DNA of 60,793 bases, taken from a virus. Its lineage: Duplodnaviria; Caudoviricetes. This document shows, in pieces, positions 1 to 7,332 of the stretch. Numbering within the stretch: the stretch's first letter is position 1; each line of letters starts with the position of its first letter. The position numbers were made by a program, and so were the translations under genes. The notes below the pieces were generated by a model. The model was not told where the DNA came from and ran no database searches. It worked only from the letters and a program-made list of their open reading frames with translations. The DNA is taken from IMG/VR virus record IMGVR_UViG_3300045996_001676, positions 1 to 60,793 of that record. One strand, 5' to 3'.

Positions 1-109
1 TAGCATCGCCTCCAGAAAAAGGGTTGAGGGTAAACACTTATCGCCCAGAGGGTTTTTCCCCCTCTGGGCGATCATGTGTCTATCGTCAGACCCTTACAGA
101 ATCCCGCGG
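1..109. repeat. Terminal direct repeat, copy 1 (assembly overlap indicating a circular or permuted genome)
   Basis: 1-109 matches 60685-60793 except at positions 7 (C/T) and 20 (A/T); gene order continues across the join (major capsid then head-tail genes). Confidence 0.95.
40..72 (-). terminator. Stem-loop downstream of the major capsid gene
   Basis: ATCGCCCAGAGGG / CCCTCTGGGCGAT 13-bp inverted repeat just after the capsid stop codon; weak U-tract. Confidence 0.55.
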
Positions 110-1239
110 ATCACGCCGATTGCTTCCGGATCCTGGAGCACGGGAAGCGAGGCCTGCCACGCTTCGCCCTCGATGCGGGGCGGTTTGTTGTCGTACGGCT
201 GGACCTTGATCGCCCGGCCCGGGTTGGCGCTGCCAGCTGCGCGGCCGATGCCGGTGTATCCGATCGTGTTTTCGAGGCGGAGAGGCTCGGCGTCGGCACG
301 GTCGATCGTCTGGGCCCGGCCCGTGGTGCACAGAAGCACCATCACGCCGCCGGAAACGGTCGACTGGACAAACTTCCCGAAAGTCGAGTTGTCGCGGTAC
401 TGGAGATCGTAGAGCTCGATCGGGGGGAGATCATCGGTGGAGAACAGATCATTGAGCCGCGAGAGCTGGGCGCGCCCGGCTGGCTGGTTGACGACGCTAT
501 TGTCCGAGCTCACCACGCGAACGTGTCCAAGGCGCTGAGTCACCTTGGTATTGAGCGAGAGGATCGACCGGACGTTGGTCGTGGTGACGATCCGATTCAC
601 CTTGTAACCCTTCACCGCCATGACTTCTGCCAGGGCGAGAATGTCGGTGTAGGGATCGTACGCGTTATCGCTCCAGGTGCCGCCCGCGGCGACGCGATGG
701 CCGCTGGGGTTGGGGTAGGTGACCGTTTCGGTGTAACCGTTGTCGCCGCGCCGAACGACCGACGCGTCGATGATCGCCTGCCAGCGCTGGCGCTCGATCG
801 CTTCCAGCAGAGGCCGGAGAAGCGTTACTTCGCTCCAGTTGACCATATTGGCCATCGCCTGCATTTCCTGCCGAACGATCGCGCCACCCTGGACGCCCTG
901 CGTCCCGGTGACCTGTTCGAGCAGGCGGAGGAGTGCGTCGTAGGCCTGCGCGGTGAATTCGCTGGCGACGTCCTGGTAGCCAAGGGCGACGTTCATCTGG
1001 CCGACGATCGTCGATTGTTTCTTCTGCGCGGGGCTGTACCGCGTGCCGTCGTTGGCGACGAGCGTACGGTATTCGATGAGCTCCTCAGTGTACATATTCT
1101 CCGGGACGGGCTTTTCCGGGAGAATCGTCGCACCCAGGTATGCGCGTTCCTTGGTGCCAAACTGAGCCAGCGGATTATTGACAACGCGCGTAAACGCGGC
1201 GGATTCCACCAGCTTCTGTACGAGTCCTGCAACGTTCAT
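94..1239 (-). CDS. Major capsid protein (HK97 fold, major capsid E-like)
   Basis: 381 aa; follows protease and decoration genes; motifs such as 'IERQRWQAI', 'WSDNAYDPYTDI' and C-terminal 'SLPVLQDPEAI' are typical of this capsid class. Confidence 0.85.
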   Translation of the reverse strand: MNVAGLVQKLVESAAFTRVVNNPLAQFGTKERAYLGATILPEKPVPENMYTEELIEYRTLVANDGTRYSPAQKKQSTIVGQMNVALGYQDVASEFTAQAYDALLRLLEQVTGTQGVQGGAIVRQEMQAMANMVNWSEVTLLRPLLEAIERQRWQAIIDASVVRRGDNGYTETVTYPNPSGHRVAAGGTWSDNAYDPYTDILALAEVMAVKGYKVNRIVTTTNVRSILSLNTKVTQRLGHVRVVSSDNSVVNQPAGRAQLSRLNDLFSTDDLPPIELYDLQYRDNSTFGKFVQSTVSGGVMVLLCTTGRAQTIDRADAEPLRLENTIGYTGIGRAAGSANPGRAIKVQPYDNKPPRIEGEAWQASLPVLQDPEAIGVIRGIL

Positions 1240-1340
1240 GGGGTCGCTCCAAAAAAGAGGCTCTTGAGATTGGCACTTGAGGGCCTATCCAGTGCCCCCC
1301 TCTCCGTGGGGGGAGGGGGGCACAAGTCAAGCCGTCGAAA

Positions 1341-2333
1341 TTAATCCTGTCCCTTGATGCACCGATACAAGCTGCGGAGGATCGTGAGTAAGGGAGTGCC
1401 GCCCGCCGTGGTGCGGGTGACATCGGCCGTCGTCGGGCCGGTCGCTGCGGAGACGTCCACCTCGACAAGCGGCTGTGCCTTGCCGGTGTACCCGGCACCG
1501 CTAAAGGTGATCGTCATATCGTTGGTGGTGACCACTGCACACGCCACCGCGGCCGTACCCAGGGCGGCGATCAAAGCCGTCTGGATATCGGCGACGGTCT
1601 GGGTCCACGAGGTGTTATAGGCCACCTTGACCGTTTTCGAGATGCCCGCGCTGCTGAGCGCGGTAATGCTGATCGTGCCGCCCGACATGATCGTATCGAT
1701 GTTGATCGTCTGCACTTCATCGGCGGCCGTGGAAAGCGTGGTGTAGTCGGGGAGGTAGTTTTCCTTGACGGTCGACCGATGGCGATAGAGCTCGATGTCG
1801 TCGCTCACGTTGGCATCGGCAACGTCGAACAGGGTCAGGAAGATCTCATCGTCGGTGACCGCGGCCGGACCGAATGCGGTGCCTGCATCGCGTTCGGCCA
1901 GCGTGCGACCGACGAGCTTCCCGCTCTTGATGTACTTAGTCCCGTGCTTCGAGTAGTAGGCGACATCGCCGACATCGATCGCCGTCGGGATCGCGGAGAC
2001 GGTAAGAGACGTCGCGCCAAGAACCGCGTCCGCGGTGAGCGTGGCGAATTTCTTGCCGCCGAAATGCAAAGTGGTCCCCTTGGGAATGAGCACATTGCCC
2101 ACGCCCAGATTGTTATTCAGGGGGTTGATCGGCAGCGCCAGCGCGGTAACGGTGATCGAGGTCGCATCGGCCGACGTCGCAGCCGCGGTGACCTTGATTC
2201 CGCCCTCGTCGACGAATGCCGACGCGTCGATCTTGGCGGGAAACAGCTCGATATGCTCGCGCCCGCCGAAGTCAGCCGCCCATACCGGAGGCGACTTGAT
2301 ATTGCCGATGAAATTCATGCGTGCCGTGGCCAT
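1341..2333 (-). CDS. Head decoration/cement protein with inserted Thr/Ala-rich beta domains
   Basis: 330 aa between scaffold and capsid genes; 'KYIKSGKLVGR...FGPA' decoration-like core; Thr/Ala/Val-rich. Confidence 0.6.
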   Translation of the reverse strand: MATARMNFIGNIKSPPVWAADFGGREHIELFPAKIDASAFVDEGGIKVTAAATSADATSITVTALALPINPLNNNLGVGNVLIPKGTTLHFGGKKFATLTADAVLGATSLTVSAIPTAIDVGDVAYYSKHGTKYIKSGKLVGRTLAERDAGTAFGPAAVTDDEIFLTLFDVADANVSDDIELYRHRSTVKENYLPDYTTLSTAADEVQTINIDTIMSGGTISITALSSAGISKTVKVAYNTSWTQTVADIQTALIAALGTAAVACAVVTTNDMTITFSGAGYTGKAQPLVEVDVSAATGPTTADVTRTTAGGTPLLTILRSLYRCIKGQD

Positions 2334-2433
2334 GTGATGAAACTCCGAAAAGAGCCGTTGTCGCCGTTTTTTTGTTCACCGCCCCATAGGGCGAAAGGTT
2401 TCTGTTTTCTGCCGAGAGACGTCGCGTGATTCG

Positions 2434-3627
2434 TTACTTGGCAACGTGGCCGTAGATCGACTTCACGTGCGCATCCAGGATCTTGTCGACGGCCGCGCGA
2501 GACGGGTCGGGCTTTTCCTCGCCCGCTTCGAGCTCATCGTCGCCGGAGAGATTTTTCGTATCCTCGACAACCGCGGTGCCGCCCTGGACGCCCGACTTGG
2601 CACCTTTCTTGAGGGGCTCGCGATCCTTCACGATCGCATCGACCAGCTTTTCGATCGTGGAGACGTAAGCCTCCGGCGAATCGGCCGAGAGCGCCAGCGT
2701 GGAGAATTCTTTCTTGTCGATGTTGCCGACAAACTGCTCGCGGAGCTTGGCAATCCCGGCGTCGGTCATAATGCCCTTGAGCCGGTCAAATTCCTTGGAT
2801 GCCATCCGGCACGCCATCGAAACCACGGTCGGATTTGGGACGTCGGCAGAGAGCGCTTTCGTCTGCGATTCAAACTTGCCGCGGCACTGTTCGAGCACGC
2901 CGTCGACGTTATCCTCGGTCACCGCCTGCGAGATACCGGCAAGGCCTGCGAGTGCAATCGTTGCGGCGAGCACTTGAGCAACTTTCATGGGAGATTCTCC
3001 ATCGTCAGAAGACAAAATGAACCGCTCCGGCGTGTCCGCGCTGGCGGCGATGAGCTCAAAACCTTTTTGACCAGGGACGAGCGGATTGGCCACGATCGAA
3101 ATTGCCGTGATTGCTTCCGTCTTTTCCCCGTCGATTTCCACGACGTCGATCTCTGGCGAGGTGTCTTTGTTCCGCGTCACCAGATCCAGGGCCCGCTCCC
3201 CCTTCACTTCCACGACCGCAAAGGTCGTATCGCCCTCGTTGAAGATGTCGACCGTATCGCAAACCACGTTTTCGGCCATCGTCCGCAGCCGTTCGACGCG
3301 CGACTTTTTGAACGCGCCCGCGTGATTGGTCGTTACCGGGGCGTGCGGGGCATCGAGGGTAAACGCGCCGGTGTCGTCCCGCAGCTTGACCGGCTTCCCG
3401 GCCTCTTTCATCGCCCGCCAGGAGTCGACCCAGGTTTTACGCCGCTCCGGCGTCACTTCCAGCTCGAAAATCGTCCGGCCGGTCGCCTTGTCCCGCTTCA
3501 CAAACTTTCCATCCCGGATCACATCCTTTACGAAGCGCGCCACCGGCTGGCCGTCGACGATCCGGATCTCGCTGGATCGCCGCGCGGGAGTCGAGGAGGA
3601 GCTCGAAAGAATGAAAGACTCAGGCAT
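2434..3627 (-). CDS. Prohead protease/scaffold (Mu gpI-like)
   Basis: 397 aa from MPESFIL; protease-like N-terminal part (H in 'TTNHAG', 'DTSPEID', 'AISIVANPLVPGQKGF') and helical charged C-terminus; position upstream of capsid genes. Confidence 0.7.
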   Translation of the reverse strand: MPESFILSSSSSTPARRSSEIRIVDGQPVARFVKDVIRDGKFVKRDKATGRTIFELEVTPERRKTWVDSWRAMKEAGKPVKLRDDTGAFTLDAPHAPVTTNHAGAFKKSRVERLRTMAENVVCDTVDIFNEGDTTFAVVEVKGERALDLVTRNKDTSPEIDVVEIDGEKTEAITAISIVANPLVPGQKGFELIAASADTPERFILSSDDGESPMKVAQVLAATIALAGLAGISQAVTEDNVDGVLEQCRGKFESQTKALSADVPNPTVVSMACRMASKEFDRLKGIMTDAGIAKLREQFVGNIDKKEFSTLALSADSPEAYVSTIEKLVDAIVKDREPLKKGAKSGVQGGTAVVEDTKNLSGDDELEAGEEKPDPSRAAVDKILDAHVKSIYGHVAK

Positions 3628-3634
3628 GACCGTA

Positions 3635-3653
3635 TATAGGAAATTCAGTCCCC
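3635..3653 (-). promoter_or_regulatory. Putative late promoter A (GGGGACTG-N6-CTATA)
   Basis: Motif shared with 6881-6899, 15335-15353 and 51988-52006; ends 7 nt before the protease ATG. Confidence 0.65.
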
Positions 3654-3729
3654 CCGAAAAGGCCGCCCCCTGCCTTGCGAGGGGGCGGCCCAAGCGCCGC
3701 ACGCGTCCATGAAAAGTATCGAAAGGAAA

Positions 3730-4224
3730 TTACCCCAGAACGATCAAAACGTCGAGCGCCTGGACGAGCGTCCCGGCAAGATCGATGTTTTTGGCGCTCC
3801 CGCCGACGTCCGGTGCCGCGTCCACCCCTTCCCAGAGATAGCTTTCGCCCGGCCGGAGGGTGATCGACCAGCCCGCCCCGTGCAGCTGGTATCCATTGCT
3901 CGCCCCGACGGTGATCGTGATATTGTTCGCGTTGCTGCTGGGGTTGCGGAATTTGACCGCCTGGACCTTGAGCCCCGTCCCGTCGACCGTCGTCCCGTTG
4001 GTGCCCGGTAGCGCCGTGAGATCGATCGTTCCCACGCCCGCCGCCAATGCCTTTTGAAACCCGGCGACTTTTGTCGCGGGGGGAGTAGTTGTGGCGTCAA
4101 TCGAGCTTTGAACGTTCAGCCCGTTATGGGTGACCTTGTTCGAGCTGCTGGACAAAAAAGCGCCGTTATTCGTGATCGTTTCGACGACAGTCAAGGCGCT
4201 TTGCAGGGTTGCGTAAATCGGCAC
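3730..4224 (-). CDS. Putative virion structural protein
   Basis: 164 aa, Thr/Gly/Asn-rich beta-type sequence within the head module; GGAGG RBS. Confidence 0.55.
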   Translation of the reverse strand: MPIYATLQSALTVVETITNNGAFLSSSSNKVTHNGLNVQSSIDATTTPPATKVAGFQKALAAGVGTIDLTALPGTNGTTVDGTGLKVQAVKFRNPSSNANNITITVGASNGYQLHGAGWSITLRPGESYLWEGVDAAPDVGGSAKNIDLAGTLVQALDVLIVLG

Positions 4225-4246
4225 GGTAAGACCTCCCTGGAAATCG

Positions 4247-4504
4247 TCAGTTCATGCCCACATGGGCCGCTCTGGCGATCTCGGTTGCGAAAAAAGCATT
4301 TAGAACGCCCTCGACGTCGGAGGCGAGGGGGCAAACGTAGAACAGGCCGAACGGCGCCAGCTCCACGACGTAGTTTTCCGACCGCGGATTCCACCGAACG
4401 ATCGCGTATCGCTTGCCGATCTGGCGGACCACCGACCATCCACTCGACGTCAAAACCAGCCGCCCGCCGCATCGCCGGTACAGGTGAAACAGCTCCACGA
4501 GCAT
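4247..4504 (-). CDS. Hypothetical protein
   Basis: 85 aa from MLVELFH, co-oriented with the head operon, GGAGG upstream. Confidence 0.5.
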   Translation of the reverse strand: MLVELFHLYRRCGGRLVLTSSGWSVVRQIGKRYAIVRWNPRSENYVVELAPFGLFYVCPLASDVEGVLNAFFATEIARAAHVGMN

Positions 4505-4608
4505 TTGGATCCACCTCCGGGCGCCGCCGCCGGACGCGCCGGTCGATGCCCCAGGCAATGACCCCGACGATTGCCGATACCGCCAGCGCGACGAGAGAGG
4601 CCATCGGT

Positions 4609-5430
4609 TCAGCCTCCGAATTCAATATGACATTTACAGTTCCAGAGACACAGCCGCTCCCCGATCGGTGTCAGCCGCCCGATCCCTACCCAGCCCAGGC
4701 CGGTAAGTGACGGGCAATCCGGCCGCGGCTGGGGTTTCGACTTCGAGCTCCAATAACAGTGTTCGGCCGACCCCAGTACATTGCGCTCCATCGTATACCC
4801 CGCCTCCGCCCCCGCCCGGCGCCTCATCCCGTCGAATGTTCCCACGGGCATCTTGCCGTATGCCGCCGCCCGCCACCCGGCCTCTTCCGGCGTCAATTCG
4901 TCGATCTCATCGGCGAACCGCTCCAGGCGATCCATCTGGTAATCGACCGACTCCCCCACCTTGCCCAGATCGGCCCGTGTGATCGAGGCCTTACCCCCAC
5001 GCCCCGCAATCGCGTTGACGAGCTGGCCGTCCTTTACCGCCTGGATCATCGCGCCATGGAATTGCGGCGCCGCCAGGGCCTCCGATGCCGCCGCGCGGGC
5101 GATCGCCTCCATCTCTGCGGCATGCGCCTTGTTAAATGCATTGATCGCCGCCCGCAGCTTCGCCGCCGGAACGTAGCTCCCCCCCTTGGCGAAAAGTGCC
5201 CGGTCCGGATTCCACCAGAAGCCCGGCCGCGACGATCCCGCCCGCGGTGCCGACATCAGGCCCTGGAATGCGGGGGGGGCGAGGCGATCCCACACGGCAT
5301 CCACCCGCGCCAGATCCAGGGGAGTCACCACCAGGAGCGCCGCCGCGAGCTCGCGATCCCGCTCGGAGGGAGTCACCGGCCCGGCCGATCGCCGGAGCAC
5401 TATCGACGGATCTCGCTCAGTTTTCGGCAT
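4609..5430 (-). CDS. MuF/SPP1 gp7-like head morphogenesis protein (short form, no toxin extension)
   Basis: 273 aa from MPKTERD; C-terminal 'AEHC...DCP...IGERLCLWNCKC' Cys/His motif characteristic of gp7/MuF-like minor head proteins. Confidence 0.75.
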   Translation of the reverse strand: MPKTERDPSIVLRRSAGPVTPSERDRELAAALLVVTPLDLARVDAVWDRLAPPAFQGLMSAPRAGSSRPGFWWNPDRALFAKGGSYVPAAKLRAAINAFNKAHAAEMEAIARAAASEALAAPQFHGAMIQAVKDGQLVNAIAGRGGKASITRADLGKVGESVDYQMDRLERFADEIDELTPEEAGWRAAAYGKMPVGTFDGMRRRAGAEAGYTMERNVLGSAEHCYWSSKSKPQPRPDCPSLTGLGWVGIGRLTPIGERLCLWNCKCHIEFGG

Positions 5431-5689
5431 TGGCCAGCTCCCGGAACGCCTCCGCACCATCGCGCTTGCCCAGTGACCATAACCCGGCCCGCTCGTCATC
5501 CCAATAGGGATTCTTCTCATCGTTGCTGTAGAAGCCCCGGACGTACGGATCCGTATTTACGCTCACATGGAGCGGCTTGGGCTTTTTCTTGACCTTGACC
5601 GGCGCAGAATACCCGCAGTGGATGCACGCCGCCCCGCCGTTGTATCGGTGTTTGCGGTTCGGAAATTTGCATTGCTGGTAAAGAAGCAT
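5417..5689 (-). CDS. Small Cys/His-containing hypothetical protein
   Basis: 90 aa, C..H....CIHCG motif; stop/start coupled with neighbours. Confidence 0.55.
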   Translation of the reverse strand: MLLYQQCKFPNRKHRYNGGAACIHCGYSAPVKVKKKPKPLHVSVNTDPYVRGFYSNDEKNPYWDDERAGLWSLGKRDGAEAFRELANAEN

Positions 5690-6046
5690 TTACGCCACCC
5701 CTGGAAAGACTCGGCCCTCGCAGTCATCGGTGAGCACGCCATTACGAAGCCAGCCGTGGTATTGCCCCACGTGGTTGATCGATGGGGATGCTGTCACCAT
5801 CGGAGGTTCGCCGATGCGGGTCCACTGAGGGAGGCGAGTCTTCCCGGCCCGGTCCGGCTGGCTGTTGTAGTTTCGGCCCTGATCGATGTTCCACTCGCTC
5901 CCGCTTGGCAGCTTCACGACTAGCTCGCCATCCTCGAAATACATTGCCCCAACCGGCAGATCGTTGAACGAAACCACCTTCCCATCATGCCGAAAGTAGA
6001 AGGATGGGGCGTCGAGGTATTCGACCATGAAGCATTTCCAGGCCAT
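5690..6046 (-). CDS. DUF6527-like protein
   Basis: 118 aa from MAWKCF; 'W...GEPP.VTASPSI.....YHGWLRNG' resembles the DUF6527 pattern. Confidence 0.6.
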   Translation of the reverse strand: MAWKCFMVEYLDAPSFYFRHDGKVVSFNDLPVGAMYFEDGELVVKLPSGSEWNIDQGRNYNSQPDRAGKTRLPQWTRIGEPPMVTASPSINHVGQYHGWLRNGVLTDDCEGRVFPGVA

Positions 6047-6288
6047 TACTTCCACCCCTCCAACGTCGCGGCCTTGAACCATCCGCACCCGGCGAGGGGG
6101 CATCGCAATACAGGATTCAGCAGGCCGCCCGCTCCGATCTGGTAGTGTTTCGCCAGAACGAACGCGCCGCCGCACTTTGGGCAACACACCTCGGCAACGA
6201 TCTTCACCCGCTTTTTCCCGACGATCTCAAGCCGCCGGTATTGACCGGGCTCCAGATCATCGCATTTTCCAACGACAAACCGTGTCAT
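6046..6288 (-). CDS. Small zinc-ribbon protein
   Basis: 80 aa from MTRFVV; CPKCG ... CPLAGCGW. Confidence 0.6.
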   Translation of the reverse strand: MTRFVVGKCDDLEPGQYRRLEIVGKKRVKIVAEVCCPKCGGAFVLAKHYQIGAGGLLNPVLRCPLAGCGWFKAATLEGWK

Positions 6289-6405
6289 AATCCCCGCTCG
6301 ACTGCTGGCCTTGCCGAACGCGGCGGCGCGGCCCGCTTGGGCTTGCGCCACACTGTCGGCATTGTGCCCGGCGGATACTTTGCCGGGCGCTCCGGATACA
6401 GGGGT

Positions 6406-6849
6406 TTAGGCTTTGGCGTTTCGTCCGCCATCGTTGCTCCCAGGGATCGGCGATCCGTCGGCGAGCGTGAACTCCCCGACCGGATGCGATCCGCCGCCGC
6501 AGTGATAACACGGCAGAAACTGGAACAGCCCCGGGCACTCGAACAGCTTCTCACCGATCGCCGCCATGTTGCTATCGAGCGTCGTCGTGTGGCCGCACTT
6601 GTGCCGAATGGAAACGACCGCCTTGCGACTGCGCGCCGCCCTCGCCGCCTCCGCCTCTGCCATCCGCGGCGTTGTGAGAGGAGGCTCCGTGTATTTGATC
6701 GCCGCGATCTCCGCAGGCGATTCCGTTTTAACGCCCAGGCGATCCGCGTAGGCCGCGGCGACTTCGCCAGGAGTGGCTTCCGGATCCGCGAGAACTTGCT
6801 CCAGTGGCCGCGCGAGATCGTTCGCATTCGCTTCGGGGTTTCCAGTCAT
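6406..6849 (-). CDS. Hypothetical protein with CGH / CxxC motifs
   Basis: 147 aa, AGGAGG RBS, downstream of late-promoter motif B. Confidence 0.6.
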   Translation of the reverse strand: MTGNPEANANDLARPLEQVLADPEATPGEVAAAYADRLGVKTESPAEIAAIKYTEPPLTTPRMAEAEAARAARSRKAVVSIRHKCGHTTTLDSNMAAIGEKLFECPGLFQFLPCYHCGGGSHPVGEFTLADGSPIPGSNDGGRNAKA

Positions 6850-6880
6850 AGCAGGGGGCCTCCTAAATGTGCCGCTTACC

Positions 6881-6899
6881 TATAGCGAGCACAGCCCCC
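6881..6899 (-). promoter_or_regulatory. Putative late promoter B (GGGGGCTG-N6-CTATA)
   Basis: Same motif and spacing as the other three sites; intergenic. Confidence 0.6.
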
Positions 6900-6903
6900 G
6901 CGC

Positions 6904-7296
6904 CTACGATTTCTCCGGCTTGGGCTTCTCCTCATCCCCCTGCCCGCCCTCATCCTCCGCCCCCTCCGCGGACTCCTCCCCCTCCCCCTCGCCCTCATCC
7001 TCGCTCCCCATCCCGCCGTGAATCTGGATAAACGTCTCCTCTCCCCGCGCGGCGAGCAAATCGAGAAGGCCCTGGAGCGTCGTTACGACGTCATCCTCCG
7101 GCGGATCCGCTTGCATACCCGCCTGGATCTCGCTCTCCAGCTGCGCGGGATCATCCGCCCAGCCCTTCTCCACGAGATGGCGCAGCTCCGGCGAATCGGT
7201 TTCCAAGCCCTCTACCCATCGCGAGACGTCGCCCCAGCCCGCCGTAGAGGCGAGGTGATGCGATTCAGATTCCCCGATTGCCAGTGATACGCCCAT
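6904..7296 (-). CDS. Small acidic protein, candidate immunity protein for the portal-fused nuclease
   Basis: 130 aa, very Asp/Glu-rich, directly downstream of the basic nuclease-bearing portal extension. Confidence 0.55.
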   Translation of the reverse strand: MGVSLAIGESESHHLASTAGWGDVSRWVEGLETDSPELRHLVEKGWADDPAQLESEIQAGMQADPPEDDVVTTLQGLLDLLAARGEETFIQIHGGMGSEDEGEGEGEESAEGAEDEGGQGDEEKPKPEKS

Positions 7297-7332
7297 AATT
7301 CGCCCTTTTTCGCTGGGGTGGATGTCCAGATC

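Noticed and set aside
75-95. AAGGGTCTG on the minus strand as a fifth late promoter
   Set aside because: The upstream half matches site D but there is no CTA(T/G)A at the 6-nt spacing.
1292-1323. Strong GC hairpin upstream of the capsid gene as a riboswitch or ncRNA
   Set aside because: Single stem-loop, most simply an mRNA stability or processing element.
76-3639. Long plus-strand ORFs (76..1344, 2446..3639)
   Set aside because: Antisense shadows of the capsid and protease genes.
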